Part shown: positions 1 to 11,160 of the stretch, piece after piece | Position numbering within the stretch: position 1 is the stretch's first letter | How the letters are laid out: every line of letters starts with the position of its first letter | Assembly (NCBI GenBank): GCA_964019335.1 | Contig: OZ025682.1 | Coordinates: 310,001-374,000, forward strand | DNA from: Diplonema japonicum | Taxonomy: Eukaryota; Protista; Euglenozoa: Diplonemea | Direction: 5' to 3' | Length of the DNA stretch: 64,000 bases | Position numbers and translations under genes: made by a program | The notes under the pieces: model-generated | Seen by the model: the letters and a program-made list of their open reading frames with translations, nothing else | Told to the model about the DNA's origin: nothing | Databases searched by the model: none

Positions 1-599
1 CTTGTGGTGCCCCAGATTCTGACAGAGGTCAACCACTCATTGATGTTGGTATACATTTTTAAAAAAAAAAAAAAGAAAACTTTTTTTTTTTATAGGCGGA
101 ACAAGAGATGAAGGCAGGAACCGTACGGACGCTTCACAAAAAGTACAGGAAAATCGGTGACTGCCACTTCGATTTGAGAACGGTGAAGCACACCGTCACA
201 CGAGAACGGAAGAGGCTTGCTAGGCTCCACGAACATATTACCACGTGTCGGGAGACAAAGGGGACAAGGCCCTTTATTGCATTCTGTATCCAAGAGAAGG
301 TTACTGGTTCCGATGCGGGTTTGAAGTGGAGCGCTCTGACCAAGGAGCAAAAACAACCGTATTACACTGCCGCCAAGAAGAATACCCTTGAAAGGGGCGA
401 GCGCAGGGTGTACGCCAAGAAAGATGGGCGGTCAGTTTCACCCTTTGCAAAATTCGTTAGCGAGAATATGGTGAAGGCACGTGGAGATATTGAAAAGCAG
501 CATCCCCACCTGCAAATAGCCGAGAAGAACACCCTGTCCTTCAAGCTGCTGGCTTCTCGTTGGAGGAAAAAGAAAATGGATAATACGCTTGGGATTTAA
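1..599 (+). CDS. HMG-box protein (two HMG-like boxes), 5'-partial, intron 49-95
   Basis: RPFIAFC...WSALTKEQKQPYYTAA and SPFAKFVSEN...FKLLASRWRK resemble HMG boxes. Removing GTATAC...TATAG (49-95) joins open frame 1-48 in frame to ORF 108-599. Confidence 0.65.
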
Positions 600-1286
600 A
601 AAAAAAGATAAAAACGAAAAATAATTTTTTTTCCCCCTTGTAGTGTGGAACGAAAAAAAAAAAAAAGAAAAGTACTGAAAGCCACGAACTGCATATTGGG
701 GGTCGCCCAACTGCTTCGTAGAAGTGAAATAATGCAGAAAATTACGTTTGAAAAACACATCCATCACCTTTTCTTTTTTTGAGAAGTTGCTCAAAAGTCA
801 GAGACTTTAGAGTCAACTGACGACATTTTTTCTCAAACCCCATTTTGTCCCCCCACCCCCCCCATAGTGGCCGGCGAAAAAGAAAAACAAATACGGCTTA
901 GAAAAATAGAAGGGTTTTTTTCATTATTAGCACGTGAGTGGGGAAAATCCCTCATATTTTCGAAAAGTAAGAAAAAAAGAAAATTAGATACCCCTTTTTT
1001 TTACCTGTTAGATTCCCCCCCCCCCCCCCCCAGGCATAGTGGTGAAACGACTCGCATGCGAGAATGATGCGAGAATTTTTGTTGGCTAGTAAAATTTTAT
1101 TTAATTTTGGCCTAATTTCGACCCTTTGACCCCCCCCCCCCCCCCCCCCCCTCATTAGATTTCCCCCCTAATATTCCCCTATATTTCCCCCCTCCTTCCC
1201 CCCCCCTCCTTTATTTAAAAAATCTTTCAGTACGGCAATACAAACCCAACTTTGAAAAGGGGGGGAAATAAAAATATAAAAAAAAG

Positions 1287-2935
1287 ATGTCACTAAGCGG
1301 CATCGACAAGATGAAAAAACCAGAGCTGATAGAAAAGCTGGAAGAGCTTGGGATAGACCCGTCTAAAACAGTGGCGGACATGAAGTACCAGCTTAGAAAA
1401 GCACTGGAAGGCGGGAGCGACAACGACGACAGCGAAAAGGACTCCCCACCCCCCAAGAAAAAAAAAAAGACCTCGAAGAAGGGCACATTCGAGGAGGTGG
1501 ACGGCGGCGGCGACATCGCCTCACCAGAAGGCACAGGGAAACGCCTTTTAGTCCACTGCGTTGCCAAGGGACTACGATGGTCAAAAAGAGGCACAATGGG
1601 CCGCCTAGCCACCGCTTACGGAAAAGAACTAATCGCCACCTTCGACGCCAAAACACACACCCACAAACTAGGAGCAGTCCAATTCCACCCGGTAAAGAAA
1701 AACACAATTGCATCAGCTGTATGCCTTGCAAAACCCTCTGCAGGCTCCGCACCACCCTTCGACTCAGCAGCATTCGACGTCGCTCTAGAAGATTCCATAA
1801 AAGAAAGAGCATTAAAAGACAGCTCCAGTGTCCACATAGACATCGACCCACGCACACCAAAACTACTCTACAGTGAAGTGAAGGATGCCATTGAAGAGCA
1901 TTTAATCAATAGTGGAATAGATGTTTATGTGTACAAACGAGGGGCCGGGGTGTCGGGGAAATCTACATCAACGCTTGTTAAAAGGGACTCCACGTCATCG
2001 GCGGAGTCCGAAGCCAAAACAAAAAAACAACCCGCTAAGAAAAAGAAGCGGGCGGAGACTGAATCGGACTCCTCCGACAGCGAGGATGCAAAACAACAAC
2101 AAAAAAAGAAAAAAACCAAAAAGGACACGGTCATACCCGACGGATCCGACAAAGAGGAACGGCGGAAACACATAACGGCAATGGTGTCAAAAAAAACACT
2201 AGCAGACTACCCCTTGGAAGAATCTTCTGTAAAATTGGTATCCGTCGACAGGGACACAGAGGAATTCTGGGATCTCGAAGAGAGATTCAACGCACACTTG
2301 CAAGGTAGAAACGAAGATTACGTAGGCAAAAGAATCAAGGATGGGAAAAAACCTATACGGTTCATCCTGATAGCAGCAGAGAGGGTGGAAAACATAACCC
2401 TGGAGGCTCGGTTTGAAATCATGAAGAAGGATTTGATCGCATCCCGCGGGGTCAAGGAGACAAGAGAGCGCGTTTCTTTCCACGGTACCCACCCGAAAAA
2501 CTGCAATTCAATCTGTAAAACATCCCTCCTCCGGTTCAAGCATTCCTTGAACCCCTGCAAGACACAAAGCGACGATGGGTGGTTTGGGACCAACACCAAG
2601 GGAGTCTATGTGTCTCGTTACGCCGACTACACCTTAAAGTACGCGAACAGGCTGAGCCCGTTGCGGCCTGATGAAACGGCCAAAACGATTCTTTTTAGAA
2701 CCTTGCCTGGAAAGTCAAAGCATATCCCAAAAATCCAAACAGGGATGGACCCCACACCGGGATTCGACTCCCATTCAAGCCCCGATTTCCTTGAATGGTA
2801 CCTTTTTGATGAGGCGCAACTTTGTCCCGAATACGTGCTGCAGGTATTTTTTTTGGGAAAAAAAAAAAAAAAAAAAAAAAAAAGGTCCGGGCCGAAGAAG
2901 ATACTCGAACTAAAGCTGATGACGGGATGGCGTAG
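1287..2935 (+). CDS. SAP-like + ALC1/Poa1-type macrodomain + PARP-like ADP-ribosyltransferase; exons 1287-2843, 2885-2935
   Basis: N-terminal MKKPELIEKLEELGID (SAP-like). LLVHCV...LGAVQFHPV...SVHID...IEEHLINSGIDVYVY (macro-like). SFHGT / WFG..KGVYVS / LEWYLF..QLCPEYVL (ART H-Y-E). Intron 2844-2884 removes the poly-Lys run and gives ...VLQVRAEEDTRTKADDGMA*. Confidence 0.75.
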
Positions 2936-3143
2936 AGGGGGGGGGGGGGGGGGGGGGGGGGGTGTTAGATTTTTTCTTCTTTTTTTTTTGGTATGCTTCA
3001 TTCCTTCCCTCGCCGTGTTATCTCATTACGCAGGAAAGTGTTTGAACACTACTCCCCACCCCCCCCTCCTTTCTTTGTGTTTTTTTCCCATTTTCGGTGG
3101 GGTCATTTCTCCCTATCACAGTGCATCCCCCCCCCCTTCCTTT

Positions 3144-3179
3144 TTTTAGGCGATCCTGTCACATGCTGCAGGTTCCCTT
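3144..3179. repeat. Dispersed short repeat family A, copy 1
   Basis: ggcgatcctgtcacatgctgcaggttccc, with near-identical copies at ~12485 and ~42693. Confidence 0.75.
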
Positions 3180-3275
3180 CAAGGACATTTTTTTGAGTGA
3201 TACCTCTTTTAGGGTTCTTTTTTCTTTCCCCCTTTTTTATTCGTTATCTTCTCATTCCCCGATGTCCTTATTTAT

Positions 3276-3319
3276 AAGGGCGGCCCTCCATGAGGGGGTT
3301 TGTCCTGCACTTTGAGTTT
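3276..3319. repeat. Dispersed 44-bp hairpin repeat family B, copy 1
   Basis: aagggcggccctccatgagggggtttgtcctgcactttgagttt is identical to 8590-8633. Confidence 0.9.
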
Positions 3320-3523
3320 ATATTTTTTTTGACATAAATTGGCCACCCGCCCCACTACTTTTTTTTTTCTTTCCCCTCAAAAAAAAAAAAATACACACCC
3401 ACACAGGAAGAACCCCTTCCCCCATTAAAAAAAGCAAAATTTATCAACAAACCTCATCTTAAAAAAAAAAAAAAAACACTTCATCTTTAAAAAAAAAAAG
3501 AAAGAAAAACCCAACACTCAAAC

Positions 3524-5394
3524 ATGTCTGATCTCGATGACTTCTTCGCGGTAAAAGATAAGAAGGCGAAGAAGGAGAAGGCCAAGAAGGAGAAGAAGGA
3601 CAAGAAAAGCAAGGAGGCCAAGGCCAGCGCCGCCAAGCTCCATGAAATGAACGATGACCAGGAGGACCTTTTGAACAGCAACGTCGCTCAGCTGATTATC
3701 GGCACAGACGGTCAGGTGCAAGAAAAGGACGTTGAAATCGTAAAAGAAGAGGAAAAGGAGGAACAGGAGGCAGCCTCCACCGCCCTCCCTTGGTGGAAGG
3801 AGCGAGAAGAGGAAGCCAAAGAGGAAGCACCCAAGGAAGAAGCCGAAACATCTGGCAGCCCCACCACATGGCAACAACAGGCAGCGATCAACCGCAAGAA
3901 GCGAGAAGAAGCCAGCAAGGCAACTTTCAACGTCGACAGCGCTGAATGGGCTACCCTTGAGGACGCCAAGAAAATGGCCGACCAAAAGGTAAAGCCGAAA
4001 ACCGCTGAAGAAAAAGCCGAGGAGGCCGCAAAACAAGAGGCCGACAACAAGAAGACGGCGTGGAAACCTGCTGGGGTGTGTTTTTTTTTTTTTTTTTTTT
4101 TTTTTTTTCGTCTTTAACACATAACCCAGGGTGCCCGTGCTGGGTCTTCGTTCCAGAACGCATTTGATCGCAGGGTTGCGGAGGAAGAAGCCGAGGCCAA
4201 GGCACGCCAGGAACGTATCAACGCGAGGCTTGCGGGACTGAACGCAGAGCCCGCTGCGCAGATTAGCGCCCCCAGCTCCAACACCTGGAGGGCTGCCTCT
4301 ACTTCAGACCGTACTGCATCAGGTGGTGGTGGTGGTGGTTCATGGAGGAATGCCGAGCCCGCAGCCTCCTCCCCTGCCACAGAGAAGCGCGCGCCTGGTG
4401 GCTACGTGCCCCCTTCCCAGCGTGGCTCCGGTTACGTCCCTCCCTCGCAGCGTCAGGACTCCGACTCCAAGGTTGCCACCGCTGCCAAGCCCGTCCAGCA
4501 GTCCCTCGAGAACGAGGAGGACGACGAGAAGAAGAAGCGCATCGACGCCCTTCTCTCCAAGCTTCCCGAGGCTGAGGTACGAATACAACAACAACAACAA
4601 CAATACCCAAAATCACACAATTTCCACAGAAGCCTCAGGCTGCCGCGCCTTCTGGGTACGTGCCGCCAGGGAAGAGGAACCTGTTCGGGAGCGCAAAGAA
4701 GGAAGACAGCGAAATGGTGTGTAGTTGTAATTAATATGATTTTAAAAACACAACACAGACCGAGCAGGAGAAGGTCAACGCAGAAAAGAGAGCTGAGGCC
4801 AACAGGAAGAGAACCGAAGAGCTGGAGAAGCGTGTGAGAGAGGAGGAAGAAGAGAGGAAGAGGCGCAAGGAAGAAGCGAGAGATGAAGCGGTGAGAAAGG
4901 AGGAAGAAAGGAAGAAGGCAGAAGAGGATGCGAAGAAGAAGGCGGAGGAAGAGGAGGCTGAGAGGAAGAGGGCGGCCGAGGCAGCGAAGAGGAAAGCAGA
5001 AGAAGAAGCAGCAAGGAAGAAGGCGGAGGAAGAAGCAGCAAGGAAGAAAGCAGAGGAAGAGGCGAAAGCAGCAGAAGCTGCAGCAAAGAAAAAAGCAGAG
5101 GAGGAGGCAGCAAGGAAGAAGGCAGAGGAAGAAGCAGCGGCATCAGCCCCGAAGAGCAGGTATATCCCCCCCAGCCAGCGCTCTGCACACGCTGCGGCAC
5201 CTGCTCCTGCACCTACATCTACACCTGAACCAGCACCCACTCCTACCCCTGCTTCGGTGGCACCCACTCCTGCTCCTGCTCCGGTGGCACCAACACCTAC
5301 ACCGACCCCTGTACCTGCTGCTGCTCCTGCCTCCCGGCCAACCGGTGCATACAAACCCGGTGCTTTCCGAGCTTCCAAAACCTCTTCTGCCTGA
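3524..5394 (+). CDS. CDV3-like low-complexity/charged protein; exons 3524-4075, 4130-4576, 4630-4716, 4759-5394
   Basis: Three GT-AG introns (4076-4129, 4577-4629, 4717-4758) join ORFs 3524, 4406 and 4834 in frame. N-terminal SDLDDFFAVKDKK resembles CDV3. Repeated Y(V/I)PPSQR motifs, EEEAARKKA repeats and a PT-rich tail. Confidence 0.65.
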
Positions 5395-5722
5395 TTTACC
5401 GTTTCGATTGCCATTTCGCATCTTCCATATTTACCTTTATAGTATCAGAGCCTGAAAGCTGTTAAGAGGAAAGAAAGAAAGAAGAAGAGAGAATAAGAAA
5501 AAGATCATCGACCAGGAGAAGAAGAAGAAGAAAAAGTATTGCTGGACCAATCCTCCATCCTTTTTATTGTTTTTTTCCCACCCCCCCTAAAAAAAGAAAG
5601 AAAGCTTGTTGAGTCTCTTTTAAGCACCTTTTCCTACACTGGTGTACGTCTATCTATTTGATTGTCCAAAGAAAAGAAAAAAGGGTGATATTTCTTTCTT
5701 TTCTCACTTCTTCTTTTTTTCT

Positions 5723-5756
<34 letters not shown>

Positions 5757-6646
5757 TCCCCCACCTTTCATTTAAAAAAAAAGTCCTTTGTAATTTCTTT
5801 CGTCTGTCTGAAATGTGTTTTTTTTTATTCATTTTTTATTTTATTTATTTATTTTGGGTGGGGTGCCAGCACACTTCCCCCCGTTCATTAAGTGAATTCT
5901 TTCAGTTTCTTGCAATTTATTTTTGCTTTTTTTTATTTTTTTTTTATTACTTTTTTACCCCTTCTTCCTTTTTTTTTCTTTTCTTTTTTTGCGGTTATCA
6001 ACATTTTTTTTTAATCTTTCCATTTTTTTTTTTTTTTTGCTTTTTTTTTCTTCCACATTTAGCGCAAAACAAAAGAAAGGGGTTTGGTATGTTAGAATTT
6101 AAAAAAAAAAGAAAAAAAAAGAACTGAATAAAAAGTTTAATAATTTAACACTTTTTTTTGTACACGATGTGAGCTAAAAAGACCCTTACAAACCACTTTC
6201 GCTCCATGTTTTTTTGTACGAAAGTACTTCAGACCCAAATGGTCCTGTGATCAGCAGTAGCACACCCACCCACTGCCCACGCTCTTTTTTTTTTTTTTTT
6301 TTTTTTTTTAATTATTACCTTGTTTTTTTTTTATTCCTCTTTTTTTTTTTTTTTTCTTCTCTCCTCTCCCTCCTTCCTCTTCCATTCTTTTTTTATTCAT
6401 TCATATCCCCACCCCCTATTATTTTCATTCATCATGTAGCAATCTTTTTTTTTTCTCCTTACTTTTTTTTTTCACCCCACCCCCTGTCATTCTTTTTTTT
6501 TTTTTTTAATCCCATTATCCCCCTCTTCCCCCATAGTATTCTTAGTTTCCGCAAAAACCCGACTGCATATAATCCCCCCTTAACACCGACACAGTACAAA
6601 AAAAAAAAAGAAAAAAAAAAAAAAAAAAAAAAAAAAGAAAAGAACC

Positions 6647-7237
6647 ATGGACAGTCCTGAAGAAAACGAAAAAATCGTGAAGAAAATAGACACAGACGCC
6701 TTAACGAAAAGACTATTTTATCAGCAGCAAGAGAGGTCAAAGCAGCTCGAAGAGAAAAGGCAGGCCACCCTGAAGGACAACGAGACACGTCTTTTGCTTT
6801 CAAAAAAGAAACTAACCCGAGACGATGAGAGGGGAATGGTCGATAGGGTCTACGTACAACAAGTGGTGAAGCAAGAAAACCAAAAAGAGAAAAATCAAAA
6901 AATGCTTGAAGAGGCGTCAAAATCCAAGAACACAAAGGTCCTCCACAGCAACGATATCACCGAAGTAGTGCAGCGCATGTATTCTTCAGAAGTCGAGAGG
7001 AGAAAGGTCAAGGAAGCCTCTCTGGAGAAGAAATACCAGCCGCCTCCCGCAAAGAAGGTTTTGACCAGCGACAAGCTCAAAGAGGTTAATAGCCGTCTGT
7101 ACGACTCCGCAAAAGAGAAAAAAGAACAGACAAAGAAAAACCTCGTGACAAAATACCTCTCTGACGACAGGCCTGCTAAAAAGCTCAATCAAACACAGCA
7201 GAAGGAGATGGCTGCAAGGCTCAGCGCGAAGCCGTAA
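6647..7237 (+). CDS. Hypothetical coiled-coil protein with repeated RLY/RMY motifs
   Basis: 196-aa ORF with coding-like composition after an A-rich leader. Repeats LTKRLFYQ / VDRVYVQ / VQRMYSS / NSRLYDS. Confidence 0.75.
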   Translation: MDSPEENEKIVKKIDTDALTKRLFYQQQERSKQLEEKRQATLKDNETRLLLSKKKLTRDDERGMVDRVYVQQVVKQENQKEKNQKMLEEASKSKNTKVLHSNDITEVVQRMYSSEVERRKVKEASLEKKYQPPPAKKVLTSDKLKEVNSRLYDSAKEKKEQTKKNLVTKYLSDDRPAKKLNQTQQKEMAARLSAKP

Positions 7238-7571
7238 GGGAGGGCATTTGATCAAAAATCAAGGGAGGTGAAACTTCCGTTTCCACCACTTTTCCAATCT
7301 TTTTTTTTTTTTTTTTTTTTTTTTTTGCATGTTGTAGTTTTTATTATTTTTTCTTTGTACGCGAAAAGGGGGGGGCAAAAAAAAAAGAAAGAAAAGTCAA
7401 AAAATAATTGTATCGACCGGATGCCATGAGTTCATTTGCTTTTACTGGAAATCATGTCACCGAAACTCGATAAAATCCCAGGGGTTGGAAGTGAGCACTC
7501 TCTTCCTTTTTTTTTCCCCCCCCCATTGCTCTGGCGTCACAACGGTCGCAATTTCAGGAGGTATTGAAAAA

Positions 7572-8080
7572 ATGAGAGAGATCGTTTCCTGGAGGCCAGT
7601 GCGGTAACCAGATCGGTTCCAAGTTCTGGGAAGTGGTGTCCGATGAGCACGGTGTGGACCCCACCGGTACCTACCAGGGGGACTCGGACCTTCAGCTCGA
7701 GAGGATCAACGTGTACTTCAACGAGGCGAGGGAGGTACGTGCCCCGTGCCGCCCTCATGGACCTTGAGCCCGGTTCCATGGACTCCACCTTGTGTCGGCT
7801 GTGATGACTGGTGTGACCTGCTGCCTTCGTTTCCCTGGTCAGCTGAACGCGGACCTCAGGAAGCTGGCGGTGAACTTGATCCCCTTCCCTAGGCTTCACT
7901 TCTTCTTGGTTGGGGTCGCCCCCCTGACCTCGCGTGGCTCGGGGCAGTACCGTGCCCTCACGGTCCCCGAGCTGACGCAGCAGTCGTTCGACGCGAAGAA
8001 CATGAGTGGCGGGAGGTACCTCACCGGTAGGATCTCCACCAAGGAGGTGGACGAGCAGATGCTCAACGTGCAGAACAAGA
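7572..8080 (+). pseudogene. TUBB: Beta-tubulin pseudogene with multiple internal deletions, frameshifts and 3' truncation
   Basis: [46 protein letters not shown] is joined directly to [54 protein letters not shown]. About 150 central codons (including GGGTGSG) and the C-terminus are missing. Confidence 0.92.
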
Positions 8081-8149
8081 TAATGCCTGAGAGCAGCTTC
8101 CCGGGACCTTCTTCTGACTCCATGGATAGACTACAGCTTCAGTTTACTG

Positions 8150-8370
8150 AGGTCCATTATCAGCTGTTCGGAGGTGTATGCCACATCCAAGGGATTCCAT
8201 CAAGGATAAATGCACCCGCACTGTTCGTTCGCTGTTGGACAAATGAAGATTTTCCATTATTATTTGAATGTTTCTGCGTTCAATGCCTTCGTAATCTACA
8301 AGAATGCCCATCCTGCCTCCAATGAAAGCTTCAAAGACTTCAAGAGCGTTCTTGGCAAGGCAGCAATATG
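8150..8370 (+). mobile_element. Degenerate piggyBac-like (PGBD) transposase fragment
   Basis: Across frames: HYQLFGGV ... RCW ... [20 protein letters not shown] ... FKDFKSVLGK. This resembles the piggyBac C-terminal core (YN..MGGVD ... RRW...FY..LN.A..NAFIIY). Confidence 0.55.
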
Positions 8371-8589
8371 GGGGTGTGGGCAGGGTGGATGTCTGCATGC
8401 ATACTCTTTTCTTTCTCGCCCTAAAAAAAGAGAGAGTAGGAAAAAGCGTCATCAGGCAACGATTCTCCTTCCCCCCCCCTCCGTTTTGAATGTTTTTTTC
8501 TCATGTTCCCCTCTCTTCCCCATGTTCCCATTTTTTTATTAGGGGAGTATAAATAGATAGCCCCCCCCCCCCCCCCCCCCGACCCACCC

Positions 8590-8633
8590 AAGGGCGGCCC
8601 TCCATGAGGGGGTTTGTCCTGCACTTTGAGTTT
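8590..8633. repeat. Dispersed 44-bp hairpin repeat family B, copy 2
   Basis: Identical to 3276-3319. Confidence 0.9.
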
Positions 8634-8804
8634 TTTTTTTGTACATCGTTTTTTTTTGCAAATCCTTTTTTCCCCCCCCTCGTTTTTTTTTCTTCTTCCA
8701 TCAAAAGATAGATTGAGACCCTTCAGGCGTCCTGTTATTTATTTTTTTTTTAAATATTTCTTCTGAAAAAAACTGACAGCAACAACACAAAAAGAAATGA
8801 AAAA

Positions 8805-11075
8805 ATGAGAGGAATTTTAATCGTTTGCACAGTTTTGGCAACTGCGACAACCGGTGCCAAGCAGATCCCATTACGAAACTCGCTGCGAAGTAAATGGAAG
8901 GAGAACGGGCTGGAGGAACCGCGCAACCCAAAACCGCACGGTGCAGCCTACAACGAAGAAGCACTCAGGTTGTACAACGAAGGCGTCACCACTGAACAAA
9001 AGCACTATTTTGAAAAATGCCTGGCGATCGAACCAAAAATGGCGGAAGGGTGGAACAACCTGGCCACCCTGGAACAACGCGAAAAATCCTTAAACAACGC
9101 GATCTACGCCGGCGGCATGGCTGTCAAGTTGTGCAGAGACACCGCTCAACTACCTGTTTACAAATCAAACCTTGCAAACCTCTATCTCCTCCGCCGGGAA
9201 AAAAATGACCTCCGTAACGCCAGGACACTGTACCGGGCACTGACCGGCGATCCTTACGCGATAATGAAAACACTTCAAATCGATCTGCTGCTGCATGAAA
9301 CGGACCTTTTCATGTCGGATATATTGTTGTTCACCAATGAATCTCCCGCGTTTCTGGAAGACCCGGATTCTCTTGAACTTGCGTCAAGCGCACTGAGTCA
9401 ATTGGGAATGGTAACAGAGGCTCGGGTTATGTTGAGCAAAGCTGTTTCCCACAGCCCTCAAAACCAAGATATCTTGCTTATAAAAGCGAAGCTGGAGTAC
9501 GGTGCAAACCTGTTCCGTGAGGTAGTTGCAACCGTGGGTTCTGTTATTGTTCACTCGGATCAACTGTTGTACTTGTTGGCGTCGTCGTTGTCCGTGCTGG
9601 GGAACCAGAAGAAAGCATTGGAGTATTACAGAAAGATCAGCAGCAACGCTGATGAGAAGATTCTGATGTTGACGAGGATCGAGATCGCGAACCAAGAGCA
9701 ACGCGTGGCAGAGTGGAGCTTCGAGAACAGAAACTTCGTCCGCCTCCGACGCATTCTGAACAAACACATCAAAACCGGTCAGAAAACCTCACAGTCGCCG
9801 TTTTCCTGCCTGCTGTACCCTTACACCAACGAGGAGATACAGCATGCAGCGAGGCTGGCACATATTGACGCGAAGGGAAAGAATGAAAAAACCACCGTTG
9901 TGAAAAAACCGAAAATCCGTCTTCGTATCGGAGTCGTCACATCGGATGGAGGCGACACCAATGTCGGCAGGGACATCCTTGGTTGGATTGCGTTACTGAT
10001 TGCTGCAAAAGATGTTGAGGTTTATTATTACTCGTTACAGCGAATCGACGGTACAAAGTGGGGAAAAGGTCTGCGCAGCATTCTTGAGCGATCCCCCGGT
10101 ACGCTGCACATCGTAACCAACACGAAGGACACCTTGCAGCACATGCGAGGGAAGAACATCCACATCATGGTAAACATCAACGGGTTTTCGAAATACCACA
10201 ATCACGACTTGTTCACGGACCCCCACCCCGGTGCTCCTATTCAGATAAATTACAAGGGCTGCACCAGTACATTTGGCTTCAACAAAACTGTTCAGTTTCT
10301 ATTGGCCAACCCTGGTGCTGTGTCACCTATCGAATCAAGTAGATACGATGAAAAGCTCGTTTATATGCCGAGAAGTTTTTTCGCAACTTCCTATCCTATG
10401 GTGTATGGTGTTGTTGCTCAGGCTGAGAGGGGCCATTCTGGTGTCGTGTTCTGCAATTTCAACCATGTCAATAAGATTCGATCTGATATGTTTTCGGTGT
10501 GGGTTTCGATTGTGCTCCGTGTGCCTGGGAGTATTTTGTGGCTTATGGCGCTTCCTGAGGACAGCAAAACACTTTTGACAGAACAGGCCGTCCGGTTCGG
10601 GCTCCCCCTCCATCGTATCAAAATCACCTCTCTTTACCCTTTACGAGACCACCTTCACGTCAAAACCCAGTGCGATCTCTTCCTCGACACTCAAATATTC
10701 GCCAGTCACGGTACCGCAATGGACGTTCTCTACGCTGGTGTCCCGATTCTTTCTTTGCAAGGACCCACGTATCAGAGCCGGGTGTCGTCCGACCACCTCT
10801 CACAGGTGGGTCTTTCCGACCTCATCACCACGAACTTCAAAGAATACGAAGAACTTGCGGTGGCGTTGGGCAACAACCCGAAACGACTCTCCCGGTACAG
10901 AAGGATTCTGAAAAAGCTCAAAAAAACCCTCTTTGACACCAAAGGATGGGTCTCGGACTACACAAAAACAATGTGGCTGGTGTACAAGTCGATGGCATCC
11001 TGTGAAGGGACCGCGATGCACGTTGTAGCAGGTCTCGTGTACGAAGGAGAAGACTATACTATATTTCACGACTGA
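8805..11075 (+). CDS. TPR + GT41 (OGT/SPINDLY-like) glycosyltransferase with predicted signal peptide
   Basis: TPRs (AEGWNNLATL). RLRIGVVTSD, APIQINY, YDEKLVYMP.SFF, FCNFNHVNKI, VPGSILWL, DLFLDT, TAMDVLYAGVP and SRVSS match the GT41 lobes. Hydrophobic N-terminus MRGILIVCTVLATATTGA. Confidence 0.88.
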   Translation: MRGILIVCTVLATATTGAKQIPLRNSLRSKWKENGLEEPRNPKPHGAAYNEEALRLYNEGVTTEQKHYFEKCLAIEPKMAEGWNNLATLEQREKSLNNAIYAGGMAVKLCRDTAQLPVYKSNLANLYLLRREKNDLRNARTLYRALTGDPYAIMKTLQIDLLLHETDLFMSDILLFTNESPAFLEDPDSLELASSALSQLGMVTEARVMLSKAVSHSPQNQDILLIKAKLEYGANLFREVVATVGSVIVHSDQLLYLLASSLSVLGNQKKALEYYRKISSNADEKILMLTRIEIANQEQRVAEWSFENRNFVRLRRILNKHIKTGQKTSQSPFSCLLYPYTNEEIQHAARLAHIDAKGKNEKTTVVKKPKIRLRIGVVTSDGGDTNVGRDILGWIALLIAAKDVEVYYYSLQRIDGTKWGKGLRSILERSPGTLHIVTNTKDTLQHMRGKNIHIMVNINGFSKYHNHDLFTDPHPGAPIQINYKGCTSTFGFNKTVQFLLANPGAVSPIESSRYDEKLVYMPRSFFATSYPMVYGVVAQAERGHSGVVFCNFNHVNKIRSDMFSVWVSIVLRVPGSILWLMALPEDSKTLLTEQAVRFGLPLHRIKITSLYPLRDHLHVKTQCDLFLDTQIFASHGTAMDVLYAGVPILSLQGPTYQSRVSSDHLSQVGLSDLITTNFKEYEELAVALGNNPKRLSRYRRILKKLKKTLFDTKGWVSDYTKTMWLVYKSMASCEGTAMHVVAGLVYEGEDYTIFHD

Positions 11076-11160
11076 TATACCCTTCCTCATTCTTTTTTTT
11101 TAATTCAATTTGCAAAAAAAAAAAAAAAAAAAAAAAAAGCAACACAGCCCCCCCCACCCA

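Noticed and set aside
4900-5140. Tandem ~27-nt repeats that could be taken for an array or CRISPR
   Set aside because: Coding EEEAARKKA repeats with no unique spacers, in a eukaryotic context with no cas genes.
5642-6660. Phe/Lys-rich ORFs (also at ~20000-20800, 31211-31450, 35057-35311, 41747-42454, 47401-47716)
   Set aside because: These are translations of T/A homopolymer tracts that lack stops by composition; there is no protein-like signal.
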